A stretch of 64,000 nucleotides of DNA from the NCBI RefSeq assembly GCF_018350175.1, contig NC_058368.1, positions 186,498,001 to 186,562,000 of the forward strand, in the 5' to 3' direction. The notes below the pieces were generated by a model. That model made no database searches. It had not been told where the DNA came from and saw only the letters and a list, made by a program, of their open reading frames with translations. Every line of letters starts with the position of its first letter. Position 1 is the stretch's first letter. Positions 26,754 to 41,170 of this stretch are shown here, piece by piece. The translations under genes and the position numbers were made by a program. Origin of the DNA: Felis catus. Its lineage: Eukaryota.

Positions 26754-29700
26754 AATTTTATTACATGCTACCAAGGCTATTTCCTAGTTGAAGGTAAATA
26801 CCTCCAACAATGGTAATACCAGTAGTAACATTTTTATCACATTTGAGGATCTTAAAAGTACGTTAATATCATCTATTTCATTTGATTCTCCTACCATTCC
26901 TGGGAGATAAACAACAAGGTGTTTCTATTTTTTTCCTCCTTATCCTGCCTCCAATCCTCCTTTCTTGTCTTCCACTCTTCTTTTCTGCCTCCCTCTCTTA
27001 GTTTTTTCAAAAATAAACTCCAGAGACAGTAATACTTAGCCATATGATTAACTAAATGGTAGAATTTGAACTAGAATCTTGATGTTACAAACTCAGATCT
27101 AATATTCTATTTTCTAATTCAGGAAGCAAGTTAATGGAAATGTGATTGAGAGAAAGATTTTTTTTAATCTTAAAAAAGAGTGATAGAGGTATCGGTGACC
27201 ATGGATAAAGTACTTGGAACAAACACCAAATACATTCCTTTAAAGAGCCAATAAACCTAATAGTTAATGCAAAAGGAGCAGCTTGGGTTTGCTAAGCATC
27301 ATTTCATTTTAATGCCTTGGGTAATCTCAAGAAACCACTAAAACCAATGTTCCTTCAGCTTGTCTGTCCCCATGAGATTTGTCTACATTTGAAAGATTGG
27401 CACAGTTAATCAAGCATCATGAATCATGGATGTTCCAAGTTACAGCCAACAAATAGACCTCCTACAGACAACCCCCCAAAATCAGTAAATATGACTTGCT
27501 CTACCTGTTTTCTGAAGCAGTGTATTACAGCAGTAATTGATTATTTGGAAAGCTTTACTGATCATTGAGATCTAATGGGGCAAGCTGTGATGAGAAGTTT
27601 AGCCATGCTCCTTTTTTGTTCATTTCAGAAAGGCAGATATGCTTTTCCATGGTGCTAGGGCCATACCAAAACAACAGGGCTTCTGTGCTGGGATAGTCAG
27701 GGTACCAACTGTCATAGGATATATGCATTCTTGAAAACTGGTTTCATGGTACATGGTCTGGAAACAGACAGACTGCATTAACATATCAAATGCGTGTGAA
27801 TTTAGGCAGGTTGCTTAATTTCTGAACCTCAAGTTCTTCATTTGCACAATGAAGTAAATCTCTTTTGGGAGTTTATTGAAGATGAAATATAATTTCTTTA
27901 ATGTTTTTAGGATACTTCCTGTGCAAAGAAGGCGTTCATTAAAAATTGACTTTGATACATATGAATGCTGGCTATCACATTATGTCAAAAGGGACACTAT
28001 GCCGAAAGAAATTATGTAAAAGAGATGAAACAATGGGCAGCCGGGAAATGAATATTAAGAATTTGAATAGGTTAACATAAGTAATTTTTTTTCATTTTGT
28101 AAAACATATTGCATAAAGATTTGTTCTTTGATAAATTCAATCATAAAAATAAAAATTAGGAAAGCAGAAAGGCATCTTGCAGTTCATCCAACTCAGATCT
28201 CTATTTTCTGATGAAAGACCTGAGTATCAGGTAAATATTCAAGGTTATAAATGACACAAGACAAGGACTCTGACATCTAGAGTCCTTTATATGCCACTCC
28301 TCCCTACATACTGGAGGCAGCCAGAGTAATATTTCCTATTTATACAACTCACATAACCTCATGGCCAGGTAGAAGGTGTGGTTATTATTTTTTTTTAAGT
28401 TTTTAAGAACTTCTCTTACTTTCAATGCTTTTATAATTCACTTGGTGGTAAATGATCCTAAAAACAAGTAGCAATGGTTCATTTTATGCTCTATTTTAAT
28501 GCAAAATCTAATATCAACATTGACTAAAGAGGGGAAAACCACACTGGAAAAGAGCTATAAAAGAAAATATGATCATGGTGTTAGATGCCATTTAAATAAT
28601 CAAATGTATTATCTGTTATACCTCGACCTTGCTTTGCTCATTGGATAGATTTCATAGACTTAAATTTTAAATCATAAGCTTTATAGATTTAAAAACAAAA
28701 ACTACAGAATGACTTGCAGAATTTCATCTTTCCTCACTTTCATTCACTTGAAATTGTTTTTTGTTTCATAAAATTGAGATATTATTTTTAGTTTCTTTCT
28801 GAATTTTCTTTGGTAATTTCAAACCATCTATTGATAGTCTTTTGCTTTATTTCATTAATATGTCAATCTTTGATGAGACTTACATGTAGCAAAACTCTTT
28901 AAATATAGTCAATTCCCCTAATATGAAAACTTTTTATTGTAACTACTTTGTTGAATCCTAAAGGTTTCATCGTGAGGCTTCATTGATTTTTTTTCCTTCA
29001 TTAGTAGAGACTGGGTGGCTACCTTTAGTGGTAGAATGATTTTCAGAAGGGTAGGTACGTAGAAGAGAGCTTCATAAGTCTCCCATATAAATTAATGGGT
29101 GTGAACATTTTAGTTCATCATCTAAGGGTGATGCCTTAGTGTAGGCCATATATTATCACTGTATTTGAAGAAACTAGTTTTGGATTGCAAGATAATTGAC
29201 ATGAACATACGGTGAACACACTCTGTGACTCTATATGTGTGCATGGATCAATTTCCAGTCTCTTTTTACAGTGTTATGCTATGGCTCATGGTCTCCAGAA
29301 GGCAACCTCTGACCTGCCTATTCATCTCTTTTCTGGTATGTGTTAAAGGGCACAGTGGTTTTCAAAATAACATCCAAACTTAACCTTTTTTTACAGTCTC
29401 TGAATGGCCATCTGAACATGTTCATTACCACTTCATAAATTCTGCCCTGAAGCTACATACTGTTCTTTATTAACCTTATAAAATTCAAAGGTAGTTGGTT
29501 TTAGGTTGATGCCTAAGAAACAACCCCTACTGCTTTCCACAGTGATTTGTTTCAAGTGTTAGTAAATTCTTTTACAATCTAAAATCTGATCGTGGAGTTT
29601 AGGTCAATAGCTTGTGTTATAGGTATGGCACAAATAATTCTGATTTCATTTATAAATTATGATTTGTAATATATATTTTCTTAGATTTGAAAATAATGTG

Positions 29701-31665
29701 TATGCTTTAAGATGTCTTCTCAAAATACCCAATGACTTTATCGGTGTCTTTTTTATTATTGCCCCACATGAATCAGAGCATCTCTCTGTTATGTGGGTTT
29801 ATTTCAAGCAAGTGTTAGAAATCTTTGGCTTCTGTGGGATGCAGTGTTTATGAATGTTGTGCTCTTCATAATCAAGAACAATTTTATAGTCAAGTAGCAT
29901 TACCTATAAAGGACTTTTATGGTAGGATCATAGATGGTAATAAATATAATTTCAGTTTTTGAAATCAAATGTACTTTTTACTATAAACTGTTGTAAAAGT
30001 TAGGGAAATCTGTAAGACTTTAATTGACCATTAAAATAATGTGAAGTCTATCCCAACTCCTGTTTCTCAGCTAAGTTTTAGTAATGGGATGGTAATTTCT
30101 ACTACTACAGATGTCTGTATGCAGCCCCCTTTCTAGAATGGATTAGAACTTTGTCTTCATTTTCCTTTTAACTCATTGTTTACAACATTGGAATTTTTCT
30201 AGATCAAGAACTTCTTTTTTCAAAGGAATTCTTTTTGTTCATACTTTTTATTTTATAGGGAATAGTTAGAAAATAATAAGCTTTTCCCATGTGGTGCAAA
30301 AGGAAGGATTGGCTAACCTCTTTATTTCAAATGTACCTCAGTGTTCTCTCATGAACAAATCAGAAACTTTCAGTTTTATTTTGTCATCTGTGGGTTATTT
30401 CAGTTACACTGTCCTCCTTCTTAACGAAATTTAGGTAAGGTGTGTTCACTAGATTCCACCCTTTAAACGGTTCTTGTGGCACCAGCGCACCATTCTATGA
30501 CTTACTATGACCCATTTTGTGCAGCCTGAGTTTAGAGAGTAATGCAGTTAGTGGGTTGTTGCAACTGTTTTAATGTCCAGCCAAATTACACAGGTATCTG
30601 GAGAGGCAGTTTACATTAGCTTGTCCTCTAAGTTTTCTTCCAGGCCACAATGAGAATGAGTATTAGTGGCATACAAAGGTGTGTGGGGCAACCATATATT
30701 GCCCCAGTGGACTTCAACCAAAGTCTCTGGGGAAAACAGTGGTTATCCACCATATTTATAAGTCAAGATGGAAGTTAAACCTTTTAAATCTAACTCATAT
30801 TCTTTCTTTAATGACCTCACCCTTTGCTGCACAAATTTATTCTCAGAAACTCAAATCTGAGTTTATCAAAGCCATAAGGATCCAGTGTTAATACATCCTA
30901 TCAGATTGAGGTATTTTGTGTTGCCTTTGTCAGGTATGACCATATTACTTCTCCCAGAATGAGGTGAGATCTTTCATCACAATCATTAACCTAACTCCAG
31001 GAGAGATGGAAGAAGAAAGCTTTTATTCCTCTCAAGGACACCATAATGATATCCGCATATACCTGATATTATTTATCTTGTCCTAATTCTACCTCCATCA
31101 CAGCTGTATTCATGAAAAGTTGGGGATAAACACCTAGTAACATTTCATATAATATCTCCCAACATGCCAGTTTCTGTCCTGTTAATTTATATATTCATAT
31201 CAGGAATTGTCAGACCCTCCATATTCAGTCACAGAGAAGAGCCTAGCAAAATATCTGAAACCAAAAATGGTACTGTTTTATACACAAAAAAAGGTGAGAC
31301 AAAAGCCTAAGTAAGATGAGATGAAATGTTCCCTTATGTCAAGTGTACATTATTGCTGGAAACAAAAGTAGAGACGTGTCAAAGACTGGGAAATAATAGA
31401 GCTGAATGTAATGTTTTTCAGTTCCCTGGGTCAGAGCTTCATTTTTATCTTTGTTGCCTAGGATATTGGTAACAGTCCATTGTGCCTTTTCTTTTGATGA
31501 TTTGAACATGGATTGAACAAAAAGAAAATATGGAAGTTTGCAATTTCTTAGTAAGAACATTCCCTGAAATGTGCTGTATATTACATAAAGTCCATTACAT
31601 TTAAATCTTCCTCAAAGACAAGAATCAGATCTTTTCTTACTTTGCACACCCTGAAGCACATATAG

Positions 31666-31860
31666 TTTTTTTTAATGTTTATTTTTAAGAGAACATGAGT
31701 GGGGGAGGGGCAGAGAAAAAGAGAGACACAGAATCTGAAGCAGGCTCCAGGCTCTGAGCTGTCAGCGCAGAGCCTGACATGGGGCTCGAACCCACTAACC
31801 ATGAGATCATGGCCTGAGCCAAAGTTGGTCGCTTTACCACCTGAGCCACCCAGGCGCCCC
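31666..31860 (-). mobile_element. CAN-SINE (SINEC_Fc type)
   Basis: Ends caggcgcccc; TSD caccctgaagcacatata/caccccgaagcacttata. Confidence 0.95.
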
Positions 31861-34148
31861 CACCCCGAAGCACTTATAAAAGAAGCATGTGGCATATCAG
31901 AAATAGCATTGCTCTTAAATATAAATAAAATAGCTGAGTTCAAGTTTAGTGGTCCCTTATTAATTATATGTATGTGTGAGGAGGCTTCATGGTATCTTCA
32001 CTTTCCTCCTCCATCATTTGGACACAGAAATGATTACCTCTGGTTGCTGTGATGAAATCATACGTCTTTTGTGGAAACCATGGTACCCATAGTGGTTAAG
32101 AAGAGGGCTTTGGAAGTCATGCAAAGCAGGGATAATAATATTTACTTCACACAGTTGTGAGGATTAAGTAAAAGACTTGGATAAAGCCCTTAGTACAGTT
32201 TCTGGCATATACTAAACACTCAATAAATGTTAGCAAAAGTATTAAACAATATAAATGGCAAAAGGAGTTAAGATTGGTCAACAACAATAAAAGAGCTTTA
32301 ACTCATTTAGGTCTTATTATATGCATGTTATGCTAATGATTGCAGATAAGGAAAGTAAGAATGAGAGATAAATACAATGCACTTGATCATTCGAGTAGCA
32401 AATGCTAGGGTCAAGGCTCAAAGTCTTGCAAAGGAAAATCCAAAGTCTGTGCATGTTTTCTATAGCAGCTGCCTCTTGACAAACCTGTATTAAGTAGTAG
32501 CAGGCAGAAAAGCTACCATGGAATAGAAGAGCAAATGCCAAGTTAGTTATACAGACTTCCTCATGCCACCTTTCTAGTGTGGCAAGCTGTTCGTTCTTTT
32601 GTTCCACCTGAATTATAATGGAGGTTTTGGGTACTTGTTGATGAGTCCATAAACTGAGGCTAAACATGTTTTGTTACCTATAAAACAAATATGCTAATGG
32701 GTTTTTTGAAGCTAATTGAGAATTACATTTCTAGTGTATTGGAAATCATCTTAAAGAATTATAGCTACAGAGTAGGAACTCATAATTTTGTTGTTATTAA
32801 CAGGAAAGCGGGGAATTCCTTTATCAGTTCTCTAGCATGTGCTTCTAACCTTTAACTCTAAGAAGCTTACTTAATGCATTTGCATGGTAATTAAAAATCA
32901 GTGACGTTTAAAGGAACTTAAACCTAGTGTGGAATTAATGGGATATGTGAAGCATACCAGAACTTAAATATTTTGTTTAGGTAATTAAGCTGCTCAGAAA
33001 AAATAAAAACAGGAAAATACCTAGTAAAATTGAGTTTCTCACAGCTATACTTGTATGCACTTCATTCATTTTCTAAATTAAAAAGCTGTGTTTTGCAAAT
33101 TGTCTTCTGGGTGGAGTGGTACATATTTTCCAATAATAAACTCATTATTGCTGAAGACAAAAATTTCTTTTGCTTTTGATTTTTTTTGCATTTTAATTTC
33201 CTTTCCATGCACATTTAGTCGAAAAGTTAAATACAGTTTCAGAGAAATCTGTTGAAGATTTTCATGTAGAACTGATTATAGAGATATCTGTAATGAAAAA
33301 ATGTGATGACTCTCAAAGAAGTTGACTTTATAGACTGAGTTTATTTTGCCTAACACAGTCCTTTTCCTTAGGTAAACCATATTTCAAGTGAACTCAGGAG
33401 CAGTTGAAATTAACTGATCTAAATGAATAGTATACTATTATGTATAGCAGCATTGACAAATATGGATCAGTAGTATTTTGGTAGTTAATTTTATGTGTCA
33501 ACTTGACCCTGACTAATACAGTTATTAGAGCTCCTCCTTAATGAGCACTTGCTTTGGTAAGGCTTTAAGATCATATACATTTCCTTAATTAAAAGAAATT
33601 AACAATTATGAGACTAAGGTATATTTAATGTAAAGAAACTAGAGATTGGAAAAAGTAAACAATCTTCTAAACTCACACATCTTATAAATGAAGAAGACAA
33701 GTTTGGCTCAAAATTCAAGCTAAGGTATGAGATAATTGGAATTCAGAGTAGTATGTGGACATCAATCTTAGCTGGGGTATCTGGGAGACCTCAGCACTGT
33801 AGAATTGTTTAAAGGCCATTATTCTGTTAAAGTTCATAATCAGTGCACATTATTTCTCATGCCCACTGAGGACCATTCGGGGGCAATATAACTTGTAAGA
33901 ATGACTCCATTAAAAATGTATATACTTTAATGATAAAGGGAAGGCAAGAGAATTTCCTTTCTCTTTCTTGTTTTCATTTATTCAAATACTCTTTAAGCAT
34001 TCACTTTAGGACAGGCACTCTTCTATAAGTATTTCGTATTAAGGAGATAAAAAGATGAATGAAACAGACCAGATCTTTCATTTCATGTGCTTCTTCTATA
34101 GGAGATAATAATAAAGTGAACATACAAATAAGAATATTACACATTCTG

Positions 34149-34360
34149 GGGGTGCCTGGGTGGCTCAGTTGGTTGAGCATCTGACTTTTGCTCAGGTTGT
34201 GATCTTGCGATTTGTGGGCTCAAGCCCCCCATTGGGCTCTGTGCTGACAGCTCAGAGGCGGGAGCCTGCCTCAGATTCTGTGTCTCCCTTTCTCTCTGCC
34301 CCTCCCCTGCTCACATTCTGTCTCTTTCTTTCTCTCAAACATAAATAAACATTAAAAAAA
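34149..34360 (+). mobile_element. CAN-SINE inserted in an antisense L2 fragment (~33975-34560)
   Basis: ggggtgcctgggtggctcag head; TSD aagaatattacacattctg. Confidence 0.95.
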
Positions 34361-36484
34361 GAATATTACACATTCTGTGCATGAAATAAACAGAATATGG
34401 ATGTGATAGGTTTGATGGGAAAGTACCTTAGGGATGGAGGGACTTTTAAAGAAGTTGCATTTAAGCTTGTGTTGAAGGATGAGAGGATGCCACCCTTGGG
34501 AAGAGTTGAAGGAAGAGTTTCCAAAACTCTGGTTAGATAATCAGCAAACACATTTGCAACTGTTTAAGCAAAAGTGTCCAGTGATGAGCACATCACTGTG
34601 CTGTGGGGAACTGTGATTATAAAGTTCTGGAATGAAATCACTCTTGGCTAATATTTTTGGCATGGGAAGAGTATAACTATATGAAAAATATTTGCTTTCT
34701 TGCTCCAGATGAAATTGAGCCAAAATTGTGACTTTAAAATGAATTTGTCTTTGAAAAAGCAATCAAATGATGAAGAAGCCAAATTTTGGTAATGTATAGG
34801 TCATGTCCAACTTCACTGTACTTAGTGTTTCCACTGTTTTGTTGTTGCAATTTCTTTCCATTGATAGTTTTAGTAGAGATCTGTGGATACATGTTACAGA
34901 TGAGACTAGTAGAGATTTATCTAAACCCTAGGATGTTACTATAAAATCCTGTTTGAAATTTAATTTGTTTTGTTTGGTGATGTTAATCATCAATTTTTCA
35001 AAATAAATATGTAAAAAACATATGCTAAAAATAGTGTTTGCGTATATCTCTTATGCTAAAATGTTATTTTGCATTTGTGGCTTTGCTTGAATCTGTCACT
35101 TTTCTTTTTAACTGAAGTAATCGCTGGTTTGTCAGTTTTGTTTTAATTAGTAGGTTAGTAAGAATAGCTTATGTAATACATAACTGGATGGTTGGGATTA
35201 TGAATGTTTCAATTTTTTATACTTAGTATTTTTAAAGTTTTTCCAAAGACTGTGTATTCTATAGTCTGAAATTGGTATGTAAAATAAAATCATTTCATAC
35301 AATATATAATTCATTTTATACAAGAAAAGAGCAAGATTTTCTAAACATATTGATCTGTATCTTTACGTTTCCTCTACCTTCCTTTCTGATGTAGAATCTC
35401 TGCCATCAGACCAAATCTATTCCAGAGAAATAACACTATATATCACTCACGTATTTAGTATGAATGTGAGGTTGCTACTTTCTCAATAATTGTGGACAAG
35501 CCCTTTTGTTTTACTGTGAAGCTAACTATGGTATGGTAAGATATCTGTATGTCTACACATAGTCAAAATACTGATAGCATCATGCTTGTTACCATAACCT
35601 GATTATTCTTATCCTGGCTACTATGGTATGGAAAGAATATGGTTGCAAGCCTCTAACAATTATGGATATACCCTTAAAAGACCAAAGAAGTATAATGGAA
35701 GATGACTAATAAAACTTCAGAATACTCAAATTGTCATAAAAATGAATTTTTCTTTCTCGTTGCCTTCTTTCCATAATGCTTTTTTTTTTTTTTTTAATGA
35801 AGTCTAAGTGGTAGACATACCATTGGATTGTTTGGATACACTGATAGATATGCAAGAAAAAAAAAAAAAAAAACCTCCACATTATCCTCTAGGCTAGAAT
35901 AGAAATCCAGGCTTAAGTTACTAAAATTCACAAATACTATGTAATAAAATAAAAGTTTTTAAAGAGTTTAGTGGGAAAATTTTATTCTTTTCATTTATGT
36001 GAAAAAAGAATTTTCTGAGAAGGTGAAAGTCAAGCCAGATCTTGAGTAATAATAAATTAGCTTTGAAAGAAAGATCATGGTGGTCAAAATGTGAAGACAG
36101 GATTAAAGGGAATGAAACCAGAGGCTGGAAGGTCATTAGGAAGTAATGCAAAAGGCTAAGCAAAGGTGATATCAGTCTTCCTAGGACTTTGGCAGTGGGG
36201 TATAGAGGAGGGCTTTATATTCACCCATTAGAGTTGATCTGGTTGCATAATGTCAGTGTTTGTCCTGTTTGCTTTGTTTGCATACTGTATTCGCTGTGAT
36301 ATCTTGACTGTGACACATGGAAGGAGATAACAGGAAGTGAGGACTGAGGAATAGGCAGAGTCAAAAGGATAGACATGTAAACAAATGATGCAATCCTGTG
36401 CTGTGAGTGCAGTAATCAATGTTTAAGATAGAACTGATCCTAAGGAGAGAGTGATTCACTCTCTAAGGATGTCAGAGAAGACTT

Positions 36485-36685
36485 TGTTTTTAATATTTAT
36501 TTATTAGAGAGAGAAAGCGTGAGCAGGAGAGAGGCAGTGAGAAAGGCAGAGAGAGAATCCTAAGCAGGTTCCCATGCTGTCAGCATGAAGCATAATGCAG
36601 GGCTCAATCCCACTAACCATGAGATCATGACCTGAGCTGAAATCAAGTGTTAGACCCTTAACCCACTGAGCCACCTAGGCGCCCC
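36485..36685 (-). mobile_element. CAN-SINE
   Basis: Ends taggcgcccc; TSD tcagagaagacttt. Confidence 0.92.
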
Positions 36686-38063
36686 ATCAGAGAAGACTTT
36701 TTAGAGAATGTGATGCCTAAGCTGATTTTCCTCATGAAAAAAAAAATGGGAAAAAGGCTTTTCAGGCAAAAGAAACAGCCTATGCCAAATTTACAAAGTA
36801 ATAAAACTGAGTGTGATATTCAGGGACATATACATTGATATTGCTAGATGGTAGTGTACAAAATGAGAAAGCATGCGTAGAAATATTACTGGAAAGCTGT
36901 TTTATCCTGAAAATCATTGGAATGGATGGAAATCATTGAAGTTCACTCAGCTAATCCCTTTTAATATATGCTTTTATCTGATATTGTATTGGTTGTTGAT
37001 GCCCTTTAATCAAAGAGTGAATTGTACAAGCTTTATTTTGCTTCCTATTGTTTTGAGACTAATGCAGAGTGAATGAAATAAGAGAGATCTGGAACCCCAT
37101 TTATGTAGTGTTGCCTCATTTCTTTATATAGCTACCTGTAATGGAGTTAAGTATTGCTAGTTTAGGAAGGAGCCACAAAGCTTCTTCAAAGAGAATAGCT
37201 TAGAAGAAATTAGGTTCTGGCCAGTTAATTCTGCCTTACTTATACAATGGTGGTTTACAGATTTCCATGCCTTATTTTTATGATATAAGCATAAAACTTG
37301 GTGATTCTATGGTCATGTACAAAGATGATTGTCAATATGAAGTGTGAAGCCAGTTAAGAAGAAGAGAATAATTTGGTCTACACTGTTATGAATAGGTGTC
37401 CAGGCAAGACACTGTGCATTTATTCTTTTACCTACTAAGTACATCTTTCAAGTTTCTGCATAATTATCTCCTCATTGAAACCATAGGCTCAGTCTTATTT
37501 TCTCTTTAGAAACCTGGGCAGTTTATTTTCTTTATTATAAATTTAATTAAAAGTTACTTATTATAGTTTGTTTTAATGTCCCTCTACTTGCTAAAGTGAC
37601 AACTTGAAAGGAGGGGTATTGTCTTAAGGAATAAAGAGTATGGTATGCTTTTTGGCATGATCCTGCAATAGTCAGGGATTCTGCATTTTGGGTCAGAGAA
37701 ATTGGATTCAGTTCCCAGCCACCGTCTCTCAAGCCTTATCTATAAAATGGGGGACATGGGACATGGGACAATATTGTTACCCATGTTAGTTTGGTCTTCA
37801 TCAGCTATCTCCCCGTGTAGAGTGCAAGCTTTAAAAGAACTAAGAACTTGACATCTAGTTTGTATATCTCTGGTGCCTAGAACATTCTTTGCACAATATA
37901 GGTTCTTAATGAATGTGGAATATATGTATTAATAGACAACATATGTAGTTACCTAAGGTTTTTGTGAGAGTGAGTTAGTTTGCATCTATAAATATTTTAA
38001 CATAGTGCCTCTCACAGAATAGGCATTTGGTAATATAAAGTTTTTAATTTAATAGCTAGTATT

Positions 38064-38273
38064 TTTTTAAAGTTGATTTGTTTATTTTGAGACAACAGAC
38101 AGCACAAGTGGGGTAGGGGCAGAGAGAGAGGGAGAGAGAGAGAAAATCCCCAGCAGGCTCCATGCTGCCAGCAGAGTCCAATGTGTGGCTCGAACTCCCG
38201 AAACTGCCAGTTCATGAACTTAGCCGAAAACCAGGAGTTGGATGCTCAACCGACTGAGCCACCCAGGCACCCC
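38064..38273 (-). mobile_element. CAN-SINE
   Basis: Ends caggcacccc; TSD taatttaatagctagtatt. Confidence 0.93.
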
Positions 38274-38904
38274 TAATTTAATAGCTAGTATTAAAAGAGC
38301 GTTTATCTTAAAACTATTTCACTATTGTTAAAATCTTTTTGTATGTGTATGTTTCCATATTTCTTGTATGCGTACCCAGGACTAAGTTGGATTAGTGGGT
38401 CTTGTGTAGATAGATGTTTAACTTTATAAGAAACTGCCCAACTCTCTCCAAAGTGGTTATTTCAATTTACACTTCCACCAGCAGTGTATGAAAATTTGGG
38501 TTGCTGTATATCCTTGCCAATCGTTGGTGTTGTTCTTTATAAATTTAGCCATTCTAGTGGGGGTGTAGTGGTATCTCATTGTGGCTTTAATTTGCATTTT
38601 CTCTATGACTAATACTGTTGAGCAATCTTTCATATGCTTATTGGCCAGTTTGCATATCTTCTTCTGTAAAATGTCTGTTTTAATCTTGTTCATTTTTAGT
38701 TGGGTTGTTTGTCATTTTATTATTGAGTTGTAGCACTTATGTACACATTCTGGGTCCCTTACAAGATTATCTCTCTCTTTCTCTCTCTCTCTCAATCTTT
38801 CAGTCTCTCTATTTCTATTATCTCTGTCTCTATCTCTATATATAGTTTTTTCCTCTTGGTCTGTGGTTTGCCTATTCATTTTCATAACAACCTTTTTTCC
38901 CCTC

Positions 38905-39200
38905 AGTAATTTTATTTCAAAATAATTTTAGATTTACAGAGGAGTTGCAAAGATAGTACAGAGAGTTCCCAAATACCCTCCCCCTAGCTTTCTCTATTGT
39001 TAACATCTTACATAACATTTATCAAAACTATGATATTAAAATTGGTACAATACTATTAAATAACCTACAGACTATTCAAATTTTCCTAGTGTTTCCACTC
39101 ATGTCCCTTTCCAGTCCAGAATCCAATCCAGGGTACCATATGCATTTAGTTTTCATTTTTTCTCCAATCTGTGACAGCTTCCTGGGCCTGTCCTGTCTTC
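38905..39200 (-). mobile_element. L1 3' end fragment (L1MC-like) nested in the old L1
   Basis: aaataattttagatttacagaggagttgcaaagatagtacagagagttccc...gttaacatcttacataac. Confidence 0.65.
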
Positions 39201-39401
39201 TACCACTTCAAAAATTTTTTAAAGTCCAAGCATTTATTTTTCAGAATAGGCTTCAGTTTGAGTTTAACAGTTTTTTGATGAGCAGAACCTTTAAAGTCTT
39301 CTATGGAATTCAATTTATCAATGTTTTCTTACCTAGTTTATGCTTTCTGTGCCCTATCCAAAAAATCTCTGAGTATCCAGAGGTTAAAGGGATACTCTCC
39401 T

Positions 39402-41170
39402 TCATGTCAGCATTTTTGCATCCTTGGGATAAATACATAATAATGCAACTGCTGGGTAGTAGGGTTGATCTATATTTAATTTTTTGAGGAACGTCCATGG
39501 GGTTTTCCAGAGTGGCTGCACCAGTTTGCATTCCCACCAACAATGCTGCAAAAGTGCTCCTCTTTTCTCTGTATCCTTGCCAACATCTTTGTTTCCTGAG
39601 TTGTTCATGTTAGCCGTTCTGACATGTATGAGGTGGTATTTCATTGTGGTTTTGATTTGTATTTCCCTGATGATGAGTGATGTTGAGCATCTTTTCATGT
39701 GTCTGTTAGCCATCTGGATGTCTTCTTTGGAAAAGTGTCCATTCATGTCTTCTGCCCACTCCTTCACTGGATTATTTGTTTTTTGAGTGTTTGATAAGTT
39801 CTTTATAGATTTTGGATACTGATCTTTTGTCTGTAATTTGTAAATATCTTCTCCCATTTTGTTGGTTGCCTTTTAGTTGTGTTGATTGTTTCTTTTGCTG
39901 TGCAGAATCTTTTTATCTTGATGAGGTCCCAATAGTTCATTTTTGCGTTTGCTTCCTTTGCCTCTGGAGACATGTAAGAAGTTGTTGTGGCTGAGGTCAA
40001 AGAGTTTACTGCCTGTTTTTTCTCCTAGGATTTTGATGGTTTCCTGCCTTTCATTCATTTTGAATTTATTTTTGTGTATGGTATACACGATTTCATTCTT
40101 CTGCATGTTGCTGTCCAGTTTTCCCGATTCCATTTTTTAAGACTGTCTTTTTGTCCATTAGATATTCTTTCCTGCTTTGTCAAAGATTAGTTGGTCATGC
40201 ATTTGTGGGTCCATTTCTGGGTTTTCTATTCTGTTCCACTGATCTATGTGTCCGTTTTGGTGCCAGTACCATACTGTCCTGATGATTACAAATTTAACAG
40301 CTTGAAGTCTGGAATTGTGATGTTTCCAGCTTTGGATTTCTTTTTCAATGTTACTTTGGCCATTCAGGGTCTTTTCTGATTCCATACAAATTTTCAGATT
40401 GTTTTTTTCTATCTCTATGAAGAATGCTGGCATTATTTTGATAGAGATTGCATTAAACGTGTAGATTGCCTTTATGTGGTATAGACATTTCAACAATATT
40501 TGTTCTTCCAATCCATGAGCATGGAATATTTTTCCATTTCTTTGTGTCTTCTTCAATTTCTGTCATAAGCTTTCTATAGTTTTCAGCTTACAGATCTTTT
40601 ACCTGTTTCGTTGGGTTTATTCCTAGGTATCTTATTATTTTTGGTGCAATTGTAAATAGGATTGATTCCTTGATTTCTTTTTCTGCTGCTTCATTATCGG
40701 TGTATAGAAATGCATCCAATTTCTGTATGTGATTTTATATCCTTGGACTTTGCTGAATTCATGTATTTGCTGAATTCAAATTCTAGCAGTTATCTAAATG
40801 ACACAAAAATGCTGATTCAAAGGGGCACATGAACCCCAATGTTTATAGTAGTACTGTCAACAGTAGCCAAATGATGAGTCTAAATATCCATTGACTGTTG
40901 AATGGATAAAGAAGAGGTACACACACACATATACATGTAGGAGGCAAAACATTAGAGACTCTTAAATATAAAGAACAAACTGAGGATTGCTGGAGGGGAG
41001 GTAAGTGGGGAGCTGGGCTAAATGGGTGATGGGCATTAAGGAGAGCACTTGTTGGGATAAGCGCACTGGGTGTTACATGTTGAGTGATGAATCACTGGAT
41101 TCTACTCCTGAAACCAGTACTACACTGTATGTTAACTAACTTGAATTTAAATAAATAACTAATTTAAAAA
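39402..41170 (+). mobile_element. Carnivore L1, 5'-truncated with 5' inversion (39402-40790 inverted, 40791-41170 sense 3' end)
   Basis: Minus-strand ORF2 remnants ([34 protein letters not shown]), then plus-strand ORF2 end and 3' UTR with A-rich tail; TSD atactctcct/atattctcct. Confidence 0.88.

Noticed and set aside
39310..40556. ORFs resembling L1 ORF2 protein
   Set aside because: Frameshifted, 5'-truncated L1 remnants; not an active element or a host gene.
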